In this document: positions 23,401 to 33,841 of the stretch, piece by piece | Position numbering within the stretch: position 1 is the first letter of the stretch | Layout of the letters: every line of letters begins with the position of its first letter | Source: Glycera tridactyla | Lineage: Eukaryota | Direction of reading: 5' to 3' | DNA: 64,000 nt | Assembly (NCBI GenBank): GCA_965644265.1 | Contig: OZ286468.1 | Span: 20,522,001 to 20,586,000, forward strand | Program-made: the position numbers and the translations under genes | The notes under the pieces: generated by a model | What the model saw: the letters and a program-made list of their open reading frames with translations, nothing else | What the model was told of the DNA's origin: nothing | The model's database searches: none

Positions 23401-23895
23401 AAATATCACCTTAAAAGTGCATCCACCATTTTCTAACAGATCCTCACAGATTTCATAACATGCCCACCCCTTCAATGTTTTGAAATCTATGCAATCATTC
23501 ACATTGTATGATTGTTGATGCATGGCATGTTCATATAAAATAATTGAGCGGATGATTTGAGGAGGGATTGCCTATACATCATGTTCGGGCAGAAACATCA
23601 GGACAGCTATGACAAAATAAACTGTAGATAGCGGTTAATTTTCGACCTGGACAATAAGCTATCAACATTCATCATTCTTTTGTTCACAGTCACCACTGAA
23701 ATATCATGCCATTGATTGACAACCACCATCTTGTTTCAGGTTTTAGCTCTGCTATCGGATCAGGGTGGTCAGTTGGGCCTCTGGATTGGTCTCTCTCTCA
23801 TCAGCCTGTTTGAGATCGCCGAGTTGGCTTTTGATCTATTTTGGTACTACTATAACCCTCTATTGCAGCCAAAAAAGGTCGCTGAACAGACATAA
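2430..23895 (+). CDS. DEG/ENaC (ASIC/ENaC-like) channel subunit, gene A; 13 exons, 505 aa
   Basis: Exons 2430-2469, 2855-3007, 3117-3304, 10384-10553, 12652-12758, 14069-14232, 15192-15314, 16381-16492, 17340-17418, 17729-17786, 21394-21485, 21747-21822, 23740-23895 sum to 1518 nt with consistent phases. Family motifs: pre-TM1 HG (THMHGLPH), TM1, FPAITFCNHNP, GHQLKDMLYNC, GNCFTFN, GIRVVIH, Cys-rich thumb, WPS, TM2 LLSDQGGQLGLWIGLS. Exon sizes match paralog C. An extra exon hidden in a gap cannot be excluded. Confidence 0.9.
2855..3007 (+). CDS. gene A exon 2 (HG motif, start of TM1)
   Basis: ttgcag| acceptor, |gtaggt donor; RLLANTHMHGLPHAYHARSPQRKAFWALLFLGGL. Confidence 0.92.
3117..3304 (+). 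CDS. gene A exon 3 (end of TM1, FPAITFCN)
   Basis: ttccag| ... |gtatgt; LPFPAITFCNHNPARLS. Confidence 0.93.
4058..4236. mobile_element. Palindromic non-autonomous element, copy 1
   Basis: About 155-nt imperfect self-palindrome centred on GGCC-GAA-GGCC; relatives at 6757-6937 and 16068-16221. Confidence 0.7.
4435..5855. mobile_element. CACTG-terminated (CMC/EnSpm-like) non-autonomous element
   Basis: Ends cactgtgaaatctg / gcaaattttacagtg, both flanked by AA (possible 2-bp TSD); subterminal aagtca/gagtt repeats. Confidence 0.5.
4977..5153. mobile_element. TACAGT-type (Tc1/mariner/pogo-derived) MITE
   Basis: tacagtcacacctgtct ... agacaggtatgta ends with internal ggtggtctc repeats. Confidence 0.55.
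6757..6937. mobile_element. Palindromic non-autonomous element, copy 2 (inverted relative to copy 1)
   Basis: Reverse complement of 4058-4236, including the unpaired tail. Confidence 0.7.
8630..8800 (-). mobile_element. tRNA-derived SINE copy
   Basis: Reverse complement aligns with 16978-17170, including B-box GGTTCAATC. Confidence 0.75.
10384..10553 (+). CDS. gene A exon 4 (GHQLKDMLYNC)
   Basis: tttttccag| ... |gttcgt; homologous to gene C exon 4. Confidence 0.85.
10900..11130 (+). mobile_element. Degenerate LINE ORF2 C-terminal fragment
   Basis: ETETRRNIGKKPEEQTCILCKFDDVQNEAHFVLVYPVFSDI resembles the CxxC...ExHF...CP C-terminal motif of non-LTR ORF2. Confidence 0.5.
12451..12580. repeat. 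(CCTA)n microsatellite
   Basis: Direct reading; abuts an N gap. Confidence 0.95.
12652..12758 (+). CDS. gene A exon 5 (GNCFTFNSG)
   Basis: cttttcag| ... |gtgagt; 107 nt as in gene C. Confidence 0.92.
12825..13200 (-). mobile_element. Penelope-like element 3' relic (GIY-YIG C-terminus)
   Basis: Minus-strand frames give SAITNH...NYVM and MNQDEGTYQLHIW, resembling the PLE motif SAITDH...MNRDEGxYQLSHxW; followed by a ctgatgaagg tract. Confidence 0.5.
13367..13550. mobile_element. TACAGT-type MITE
   Basis: aagttgaacttgtcctaag ... cttaggacaagtttgactgta inverted ends. Confidence 0.6.
13784..13965. mobile_element. TACAGT-type MITE
   Basis: agtctaacctgtcctaagcagccac ... gtggctgcttagaacaggtctgactgta inverted ends; internal taagcagcc repeats. 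Confidence 0.65.
14069..14232 (+). CDS. gene A exon 6 (GIRVVIHNQ)
   Basis: ttgtag| ... |gtttgt; TAGIRVVIHNQTYPPFARRDGFSVAPG. Confidence 0.92.
15192..15314 (+). CDS. gene A exon 7
   Basis: attccag| ... |gtagac; VVYERASPPYGVC; 123 nt as in gene C. Confidence 0.9.
16068..16221. mobile_element. Palindromic non-autonomous element, divergent copy 3
   Basis: TATAGCAAG...CTTGCT ends, centre GGCTGAAGGCC, arms self-complementary. Confidence 0.6.
16381..16492 (+). CDS. gene A exon 8 (thumb cysteines)
   Basis: ttacag| ... |gtgagt; ACQVTCYQNAVNSLCQC. Confidence 0.9.
16978..17170 (+). mobile_element. tRNA-derived SINE, best-preserved copy
   Basis: A-box TGGCTCAGTGG at 16991-17001 and B-box GGTTCAATCCC at 17034-17044; shared body ttcatc..cctccttggcaggtggtc..catttccatttc in three copies. 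Confidence 0.8.
17340..17418 (+). CDS. gene A exon 9 (CPVVCEKPC)
   Basis: tttttag| ... |gtaagc; 79 nt as in gene C. Confidence 0.9.
17729..17786 (+). CDS. gene A exon 10 (GRWPS)
   Basis: tttctag| ... |gtgagt; 58 nt as in gene C. Confidence 0.88.
21394..21485 (+). CDS. gene A exon 11
   Basis: gctag| ... |gtgaga; LSEMTSLQRKS aligns with gene C NKEMSLLEQKS; 92 nt. Confidence 0.82.
21747..21822 (+). CDS. gene A exon 12 (KVFIYFSTLSYE), GC donor
   Basis: tttccag| ... GGG|gcaagt; 76 nt as in gene C. Confidence 0.85.
21811..22080. repeat. Three tandem units (82/94/94 nt) starting inside gene A exon 12
   Basis: Units start at 21811, 21893 and 21987 with tctgcgtatggggcaagtatacaatcaat. Confidence 0.92.
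22157..22378. repeat. 28-bp minisatellite, about 8 copies
   Basis: Unit agacatataaccaatctcgttgtagggc. Confidence 0.9.
23740..23895 (+). CDS. gene A exon 13 (TM2, stop)
   Basis: tgtttcag|; VLALLSDQGGQLGLWIGLSLISLFE ... EQT-TAA. Confidence 0.93.
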   Translation, partial: VLALLSDQGGQLGLWIGLSLISLFEIAELAFDLFWYYYNPLLQPKKVAEQT

Positions 23896-26736
23896 CCGGA
23901 GAAGCAGATTACGAATATGGACCTCAATATGTTCCGAGTGAGTTTTCGGAATCCAACCAGATTCCTCTATTTCTCATGGCTACGGAACTATCTGTCAAAA
24001 CACTTTCACAAAAAGGTCATCGAGCACTATCATGGAATCTTCTGAACTCCTGCTTCATAATATCCTAGGATCCAGTGTGGAATCAAATTTCAGTACCTGT
24101 CATGATCAGGTCTACTGATACTATTTGTTGCGAATGGGGATCCCGGTCTACCTAAGTTGCACATTGGTCATTGAAGACTATGCTAAGTGCCTGAAACGTT
24201 TTAGGGTGAATGAATAAACATCCGGTTATGGGTACTATTGGTTTTCTGGTTATGTTCACAACCTGCTCTCGAAATCTTTATTCATGATGATAACACGAGG
24301 AGATACTTGTAGATATGATCTTCATAATTTCAAATTTCTGATGCACCTAGAAGGATCCTCCACTAGTGGATACAACAGCTTGTATTTGGGAAAGTTAGAA
24401 ATTTTCGAATAACCATCTCAAAAGATTCCTAGGCACTATTACATCTTAGTGATTCTTGACACGACAAAACCTGCTATCCAGTAGAACAGCTACACCTTGA
24501 TCTGTATATGTTATCCAGGGAGTCCAAGTCATCTGTGTGGTGGATAGCAGAGGACTGTTGGATGATGACTGATACCAACTAGGGAATATGATAGATAGAA
24601 GTTTATTAAGAGGGCCAAGTAATCATCGGATAGTTTTTAACCGAGATAAACTCAACGGTTTGCTTGTTACGTGATACAACCATTTGGTTTTCTAAACTCA
24701 CGTTTCCTTCCACAATTGTCGCGGATCCAATAAATGATATTTCAAATATATCGAGTTTTGCATTCTTTTCTAAGGAACATCAATCCCTCAGTGAATCAAT
24801 GGATGAGTACAACATGTGTAAAACACTTCACAGTGGATTCAGGTGAAACTGATTCTCAGCTTACTGACAAAGCTGAGGTCTGAGCAATCAAAAGTGGGGT
24901 AGAGCTTTCTGTCATATTTCAACCAATGATACTGCCCATCCAAATTTATTCCATGCGCTACTACTTTTCGTTTTGTTGAGATTTTTCAAAATGAAAAATA
25001 TCTGGCCAGGAAATAACCGAGTGGGATTACAGTTGTACCAAGCACACTGTGTAGCTCCGAATTGAGAATGACATTTCCGTATTAGCTAACTAAAAAGAGC
25101 TGGCACTGTCGAAAAGCTGTTCTGTCACCCCAGGGCTCCAGAGAAGTATTTCATAAATAAATGAATAAATGTGAATTCCTCAGGGTTCTCTCCAAGAGAT
25201 TTTCCTGCCTTGCCAGACCTCACAACAGCCAGACGATTTGAACTTTCCATTTCTACCAGTGATACTTTGAGGTTGACTCATTATATACATTGTCTGAAAC
25301 AGAGTCACTCTCGCCACAATGAGTTGATGAGAGGCCATATATCTGTAGGCAATAGGGAGTATCACTGATTCAGTATGTGACATATCGGAGTCAAAATCTT
25401 GTTGGAACTGGTGCCAATGTTTGTACATCTGAAGCAAATGTTGATCGAGAAAATGTATCATGCTCTGGAACAAATATCAATTTAGCAAGCATCAGACAGT
25501 CAAAGTTGAGAGAGTGAGTAGCTTATTAATAAATTAACATGTCAATTTTTGAGAACAGAATGTGACGCCAAATATTGATGCAAAACGGAGATCATTTCAT
25601 GGGCTGCGGACCACCATTTCTGCAGGTTAGGCCCGAGCATGTTCTAACAATGATGTAATTCGGGCTGTCCCACGATTGGTCACACCGTCAGTGCGACCAT
25701 ATAAGGCATTGTAAGACATTATAGTCAATTGCTCTTGGCTTCTATAAAATGCCAAATTTCTGTCGGTAGTAATCAGCATTTTATATATATTGACATGCCT
25801 TCGGAGTAAGTGCAATACACTGCCGAGTCTTCGAGTCCAGATGGTAGCACTGGATATCAAATCTGTTTGTATGTCTTCCCTAAGTAAAGGTAGCAGAATC
25901 GCCAGGCATCGCGATACACTGTTATCTTTGTTTATTGTTCCATGGGGAGCACAGCGAATGCATCAAATATATTTTCCATTATCATAAAGTACAAAAGATT
26001 TGTAAACACATTTTGCCTTTGGGTAGAAGTGTTTGAAAAGATAGATGGACAGTATTACTTATTCAAACATGATGCGTTGCTATCATGTGGACTACCAGGT
26101 GTGAAGGTTAATTGAGCATATACGTGAATAAGGACAAGTAGGGAGGAATAGGAGATAGATGGATAGATAGATAGATAGATAGATATATCTTCATTTCAGT
26201 TCGTAAAAAATGAATACACTTGCCCACTTAGGGCTTCTACAATGTGACAATTTAACATGTAAAACACAACAGAACATGATGAAATGATGAGAATAAAACA
26301 TTGTATATGAGATGCCTAGTAGAGATGTGATATACTCAGTTTTAATACAAACCTCGTGCTTCAAGAACTATGGGAAGATAGATATGACTATGAATATGAG
26401 CATGAATATGAATATGACTTTGATACAGCAAAAAGGCATAATAAAGTTTGAATGACAAATGAGCAGCAACAGTCCCTAATTAATTCCTCCAGTTTGTCTA
26501 ATCTATTCTATATCAAATGTAGAAAGCTGTTTAAGTATTCCTTGAACCGAGTTGCTTCACATGCTCCAAAATCGTTGAATCGGTCAATATAAACATATCA
26601 CAGGTGGGACTAGATCCTGCTGAGTTATGGTTGAAACTACTGACTGTCGTGATGGATGTGAACCTATGGTATCTTCATTGGTCATTGTTTGATGTGAGGA
26701 TGCTTCAGTGGATGTAGATGTCAGGATTCAAGTCTG

Positions 26737-26997
26737 GGGCCTGTTTTACTAGACAGGTGGTCCTCCGAAATTAGGGGGAGTCGATAGTCCCCCTAAAATA
26801 TAGGAGGTGGTCTCAACTCCCCTTAATTCCACTCACCTTAATTACAATCGCCATTCGGCTGGTTTAGGGAGACTATTTAGGGGGATTATTTAGTAAAACG
26901 CAACTCACCGCCCCCCCCCCCCAACGTGAATTCAGGTGGAATATGTCTCCTAAAACACACAATTAGGGAGATTATTTGGCTTTAGTAAAACAGGCCC
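26737..26997. mobile_element. MITE with 15-bp perfect TIR
   Basis: gggcctgttttacta ... tagtaaaacaggccc; no clear TSD. Confidence 0.65.
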
Positions 26998-28149
26998 GGG
27001 TCTTCTTAGCAAGTTCGCCCGACCTCCCGTTACATTTCCTCGACATCTTCAACTGTCCTCAAATTTCGGAGGAAAGAACATCCACAAGCCAGAAGTTGAC
27101 TCCATTGGATTCTAAGTCAGCAATCATTATCACTGTCTATGAACGAATCCAAATCTGGGCGAAGTGGAGTGTTGAAATGCCCTTTCAATTTCGAGCACCC
27201 ATCTTTGTATGAGCTAACTTCTATGTTTTGTGGGAAAAGAGATCTGTTGTGAATGGAAGATGGGTGAATATATCACCATCGATGATCATATTTCCAAAAA
27301 AATGATATGAAAATGATATAAAATTCATACATATGTATTGCACCAACCTATCTTGTCTATAATCCATGCCAGAGCCCACACTGTTTTGAAGGCGGAACCC
27401 TATTCACATGATGAATGATTGATAGCATTGATTTTCAGTACTTGCCACGGTCAGGGGACCTAAAGCTACATCAGCGCTGTGTGCTATATTGTGGCTCCCA
27501 CGCGACGAGCATAAAACTGTAGAAACGGGGAACCTCTTGTGAGAATCCAATACATCTGAAACGATGGTCACAGATCAGTAGTTGTGCCATAACAAAGCAC
27601 TACACAGCGAGCCATGGAAATACCCCCACCTCAGCATACAGAATAAATGCAGACACATGCAAGCGAAAGAACGGTGGGCTTGGTCCTATCAAGATCGGAC
27701 CTCATCATCAGGTTGTGATTAATCCCTCACTAAAAATTCGAAACAGAGGAAGCAACCATCAAATTATTACTCACTGAAGGAATAGATAAATCACATACCA
27801 CATATGGGAATGCATATAAACTAGTTGCATCTCAATTGGATCTACTTCGTGAAGGGAGAGCAATAGATATACCTCTCTATTCGGACTTGCTGGACTACAA
27901 TGGCATCAAAATATTGTGTTGCCATGATGGTTGAGGCATTTGATAGATGTTGGTAGTTGGACATAATTGGCTGCTTCTGTTTGGTGAAGTAATTTCTTTC
28001 ACCCCGGCATCTTCTGCCCATCAGAGTAATGAGAGTATCGCAGACTAATGTCAGAGAGAAAACACTGAAGATTTGCATCTAGTCTCTAACCTTTCTTCAA
28101 TAGTCCATAACAACTGAGCTTGCGTACACTGCAAGTTTCCAATACTCCT

Positions 28150-28640
28150 CCCCATCATCCCCCCCGCCCTTCTCCCTTCTCCATCCTACTATGACAACAA
28201 CTGATAGCACTCCATAGAATCAGCAGGCTTCATAGGTGTGCGAGGAGCACCTGTTGATTTTCTCACACCACATCTAGAGTATCCGGCATCATCACAGGTG
28301 GACTAGATTCGTTACTGAGCATAGTGCATTAATGTGTTTTTTGCACAATCAGGTGGTAGTTACCTATGTGACTGAGGCAATGCCCTTCAATTTGCACCCG
28401 TTTTCCAGGATCTCAGTTTTGCGTGTTGCTATTTCCCATTATGCAGCATGACCAGTATGCCTTCTGTCTGCGAGCACCCACCCGGCAATTTCCAGTGCTT
28501 GTAGTTGATGCCTGTGCCCAATGCCTGATCTCAGGGCTTGGTCTGTTTGAGTCTGTTTGACAGCTGGGCGCTAGGTTTTGCGCACACAAACATTGCATGC
28601 AGTCAGCAGATGCGTCCTCATAGTCGGTCAATGCTTGTAG
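28150..28640 (-). mobile_element. Possible RTE-clade LINE 3' relic
   Basis: Fragmentary minus-strand motifs ALGTGINYKHW and WVLADRR plus a SHT..C end; heavily degraded. Confidence 0.3.
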
Positions 28641-28649
28641 CATTCGACG

Positions 28650-29190
28650 ATTGTCATGCATTTCTTGGGCCATAAGAATCGAGTCAAAAGATATCTATTC
28701 GCTGAAGATTACATATCAACATATTTTCTATGATCTTTGTAGAGGGGGGGGGGGGGGGATGGGGATTCCAAACGAACAGCATCCGCGGGCCATTGGCCAT
28801 TAGAAATAGTTTTGGCTAGAATGTATGACTGGGCCAATTTATCATACCAACGATGCTAGTAATGATGATGATTGTTGAGATAGAAGGTTCTCTACATTGG
28901 TTCTGTGCTTTATCTGAGGAGCAAGACATAAGATCATGTTAGGAGAACAACATCGGCGAGGCGGTGGAACATATCTCAGGAGTGTTGAAGGTGGTGCAGA
29001 TTCAACTTCTGAAAGAAGAGGAGTGAATGTTCGAAACACATTAGGGCAGGGCGGGAGAGGTAGGACAGAAAGAGGTACAGATGAAGCAATTTAGAGGGGG
29101 AGAGGCATGTCATGGAGAGCTCAGTATGCGAGATAATATTGTAGACTGAGTTTGGTCGGTTTTCCAGGATAGGGCTTATGCACTGGTGGA
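28650..29190 (+). pseudogene. Relic of a gene-C-like paralog (exon 10 plus flanking intron)
   Basis: SAGHWPLEIVL versus gene C SAGHWPSEIAL; intronic blocks align by eye to about 48505-48720 and 49620-49900; donor mutated and poly-G inserted after the acceptor. Confidence 0.7.
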
Positions 29191-29371
29191 CGCTATGAAA
29201 CACTGTTAATTGAAGCGGTGTCAAGAACTCTGCATGGAAGTGGAAGTTCGCATCATGATCCTGTGTCATGTCATCAAAAGGAAGGGTAGATTAGATTAGA
29301 TAAACTTTATTTTTGCTCGTAATGCGCATACAAATACCAGATCATACAAATATAGTGAGTGAGTGGGTGAC

Positions 29372-30257
29372 ATGGGGTAGGCGATAAAGCAGGTCATACA
29401 GGTCAGTTCAGTTGCTCTTATAGTTAATGTGAACTCAACATTCTGTGGCTTATATCTTCATACTTACTTTCCTCATCCTGAGCCTCAAATGCAATGGAAC
29501 CTACCCTAAAGGCCACCTCTTGGTCATAGAAAACTGCTCACGACATCAGCTCACCAAATATGCAATCTCTAAGGGCCGACACTCCATGGGACTACATTTG
29601 TTCATTAGATACCATTTTTTGAGCTTATTGAGAGATATCCTCTTCCACAACTGCAATTCATACCATCCTCAAACCTGCATTCGAAGAAGATTTTGTATAA
29701 CCCATCTGATGAGTGCAGTATCCAACCAACCCCAATTCTATATGATAGCTTCAAAAAAAGCCCAAGATAGGGAAATCATTTGATCACCCCATTCTCTTTC
29801 AGATGGCGGGGTAAATTCAGAGCAAGATGTCGGAATAAGATAGCGCTTTAATCAACTGCTGGCTAACACTCACACAAATGGTGTACCGTATGGCCAACAT
29901 GCCGAAAGCCCTCAGAGCAAAGCTTTCTTGGCTCTTCTCTTTCTTGGTGGCCTAGGTATGTCATGTCAGGGTTACTGTATGTAGTTTTATCTAATGCTTT
30001 TCCCTCATGGCTAAAAGTGACCATTCATTCATGTACAAATCATTGTTAGGAGCAGCCTCTCACTTCCAGGGATGTGTTCGTCCATGGTGATAGCCAACTT
30101 TCTGAAGTTCATTGATCGTTCAGTGAAGACGACTGTTCAGATACATGATTCTTCTGCACTACCATACCCTGCAATCACCTTCTGTGATCACAACCCTGCT
30201 AGATTGAGTGCCGCTAGGAAGCTTGCACAATATGAGGAGCCTTGGAGATCCATATTG
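29372..30257 (+). pseudogene. DEG/ENaC pseudogene B (gene-A-like exons 1-3 only)
   Basis: Exon 2 at 29803-29955 has TGG>TAG at 29841-29843 and HG>NG. Exon 3 at 30070-30257 has FP>YP and CN>CD. Degenerate exon 1 ends at 29401. No downstream exons found before gene C. Confidence 0.88.
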
Positions 30258-31340
30258 GTATCTATTTATGGCTCTCTGTATGTATGTATTTATGTGTGTC
30301 TGTCTGTCTGTGTGTCTGTGTGTCTGTGTGTCTGTCTTTCTTTCTGTCTGTCCGAGATGCTGCATTGGGGCAGGAAAGGTCATGCACTTTTTTTCCTAAT
30401 CTGTCAATCCCGCTAGGTGATGTTCACCGTTAGACGTTGTTTGTGCAACACCGGTTCTCCTTGTTATGAAAAGCAACACTTAGTGGTCAAAGCCCCATTT
30501 CGGGGTAAGCCCCAACCTGCCTGACCTTCACCTCGCTTGTGATGTCATGCGAGGGTGACATGTTTTCACAGTTGAACTGGAAATTCACTGGATTTACTTG
30601 GAAAACAGATTTCTATGCAGTTCGAGTCGGTCATGCATGATTGCGTTAATTTGACTCCGAAAACCAACTTTCCCGAAAAAAGAGCGACAGGCCATTCATC
30701 ACAATCTAGAATTCTACAAGTTTCTAGTGAGGATGGAACATTTGTTCGACATGGGAAATTGTATTATCAAAGCTGCGAATGTCACAACTATATTCTTGGG
30801 CAAACATCACCAATGCAGTCAAAACCACTGAGCGACGTTGGCGGGTACCAGGCTAGCAAACATGGCGCGCAGATACACAACTGGATATAATGGAATTCAC
30901 TTCATCACCAGACAGAGTCATATTTTCTGGTAAGTCGCTCATTTTTCGCGGCTTGTTATTCAGGCCATGCTATTCAACGTGTGAGTGCACGCTGTGCTGT
31001 CAAAAATGACATGTAAAGACCCACTGTTTAACTAGTTCACACTGCTGATACGCATAAAACATTCAATTATCCGAAACAACGTTTATACGTCCATACTTGC
31101 GAATGAAGATTTGTTCCACGTCGTTTGGTACAAATGTCATCTTTCTAGCATCGATATTTGCCGAGAACTAATGGCCACAGTGATCAAGAGTCTGCACACA
31201 CGCTGACTAGACATGGAGTAGATGTGCACATACACAACTCGGAACTAGGCCTGTGTGCCAAAAGAAAGGATACCTGGTGATTTATTGATCAATTAATTAC
31301 CCGGTTTCTCCCAATTTCATGCCATCCTATAGCAGGTTTA

Positions 31341-31864
31341 GGCCTGGCCTGTTATTCCTGCACGTACTCGGATCATACGGCGTACTGAAATCACAGAATG
31401 GTGGGTGTACTGTAATCCCAGGGTTTACTGGGATTTCAGCACCCTGAGTGATGAGTGGGTTTTGAGTGAATAGCAAAGAGCATGAATTCACAGTGAGCTC
31501 ATCGATCAAAATCTTTTAAGAAAAAAATACACACGGCGAAGTTACATGCTTTTTTATACTTGCCTCCCATTTCCAACTGCATATTCCAGCTCAAAATCAC
31601 TCGATTATGATAAAAGTAGGCTCCTCGGAATCAGTAGATACTCAGTTTTCAAGGCGAAATCTGGCAGCTAAGGGTTTGGGGAATAAATAGTGATTTTTAA
31701 TATACAGACCTTTTCATGGTTGACTGAGCGCATAACCTCAGTGCCCTGAGATCTCAGGACGTACTGTAATCACAGTACATATCTAAAATCACAGTACACA
31801 TGGTATCCTGTGAGTTCAGTACGCCCTGTGATCTCAACGTGTACTGGAATATCAGGCCAGGCCC
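31341..31864. mobile_element. MITE with about 30-bp imperfect TIR (PIF/Harbinger-like ends)
   Basis: ggcctggcctgttattcc..acgt / acgt..ggaatatcaggccaggccc; flanked by TTA and TAA. Confidence 0.55.
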
Positions 31865-33179
31865 TAATTTGATCAGTTGCCTACCGACCCTGGGAGTTTT
31901 AAATTACCACTTCTCCACCGTGAATCTTCTTTTCGAATACATTTCTTGTTGCTTTCTAATTCAACGCCTACAAATCTAAGGTGAGTATTGGCTCTCTCGG
32001 ATATTTTTCTGTGTTTTATGCGATAGTTGGTATCATTTTGCCACAAAGGAATACCACTACCATTGACCACCATCGCCGCCACCATGAACCACCACCAATC
32101 TCACCACCACCACTATCACCACCACCACGAGCCATCACCACCATCATGGACAACAATAACCACCATTTTGGAATGCTTTAAGGTGAGATGTTCACACCAA
32201 CTTGATCGTGAATTTGGATACCCTAGATATGAAGAAAATGCAATAAAATGGTTTCCCAAAACAATTTTGAGGGGTACAGCCCAAAAATTCCATTTTGCTG
32301 CAAGACTATGCATCAAACAGAACACAAACAACCCTTTCCTCCACAAGAATGTCCCAAATCAATTGAAGGATGCTAGAAATTGATTCTGTGACCCCCCCCA
32401 AAACCTTCAAAAAGAGGTATTACACTTCATTCTTTGTCAATCCATTCAAAAGTTAGATTTTCGAGATGACCATTGGCAGCCATTTTGGATTTATGCAAAT
32501 TAGCAAAATTGCTCAAGGTTGTCGTTTCAACAACCAAGTTGAATTCGCTTGAGGACCCAATAGGAGTACGAATCCATCAAAGAGGGTAGGGAACATTTCT
32601 AGATTGGCTATTGTAAGTATTGGACTGACCAATGGATTATATGACACCGTCACAACTGAATCTACATACGGGGTAAGTATCACGTCAATAAATCAATCAA
32701 GCAATCAAATAATCAATCAATCAATCAATCATTCAGGCCAGCAAATATCATCATACCCATTGTCATCGTCATCGTAATCGTCATCATCATCATTGTAAGA
32801 TACCAATCGCCTTACTATCAAAATTCACGAATACAGACACTATCCCATGACAGGAATTGGCAGACACGGCCAACCGGGTGCATTTCCTTGATCCAAACAG
32901 TCCGTCAATCAATTCGGACAAGCTGACCTTCGGTCATGAGAGTATGAAATGAGTATCGGCTTATCTCAGAAAACAATTTCGGCAGATCCAGGTGAATTGA
33001 ATTTCTCGCAAGAATAAAAAAACTGCAAGGTACCACAGAGTCGAATTTTGGGACTGTTATCAATAACATTACAGATATGCCAGACTGTTCCTCCGTTGGA
33101 AGTCCTGAATCTTGATGTTGATCTTGATGAGGAGGGTCAAATAGTACTAACCTGCAAACAAACTGAATGCTTATCTCAC

Positions 33180-33600
33180 AAGGTAAGCAGACTGAATCCC
33201 ATTGAGTCGGAAAAATGCATACATGGTTTCGACACGGCCAGCATCCCAGAATACCATAGTGACATAGCTGTTGAGATCGGAGGTACTGAAATAGAATATA
33301 TCGGTACTATCTTTGAGTCAAATTTGACTACAAAATGAACACTTGTCGGATATACGCCAAAAAAAAGGAAAAAATCAAGATAATGCGTCTTTTCCCTTCA
33401 GTGGAAAACAGGGATAAAGCATTGCTGCTGTGTAGGCAACACCTGATATTCCGATTGGCCTCAAGGGGTCAATTCATGTTGGAATGCAGCTTCATCGAAT
33501 TCGTCATCCACAGAATATTCCTGTGTTTAAACGAACTCAGATACCAACTGTTGCTATCACGATGCAAATATGCGGTGTGCGACTGCATATCAGGCAATTA
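33180..33600 (+). mobile_element. Degenerate non-LTR retrotransposon RT C-terminal fragment
   Basis: IEYIGTIFESNLT and CSFIEFV resemble the YLG(T/V)xxDxxL and YxSxIES motifs; frameshifted. Confidence 0.4.
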
Positions 33601-33841
33601 TGTAGAGTGTCNNNNNNNNNNNNNNNNNNNNNNNNNNNNNNNNNNNNNNNNNNNNNNNNNNNNNNNNNNNNNNNNNNNNNNNNNNNNNNNNNNNNNNNNN
33701 NNNNNNNNNNNNNNNNNNNNNNNNNNNNNNNNNNNNNNNNNNNNNNNNNNNNNNNNNNNNNNNNNNNNNNNNNNNNNNNNNNNNNNNNNNNNNNNNNNNN
33801 NNNNNNNNNNNNNNNNNNNNNNNNNNNNNNGTTTGAATGGG

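Noticed and set aside
24150-24220. Hammerhead-like ttgaaga...gaaac tract in the gene A 3' region
   Set aside because: The core has a mismatch and stem II does not pair convincingly.
25170-25500. 97-aa minus-strand ORF, possible transposase fragment
   Set aside because: No diagnostic motif.
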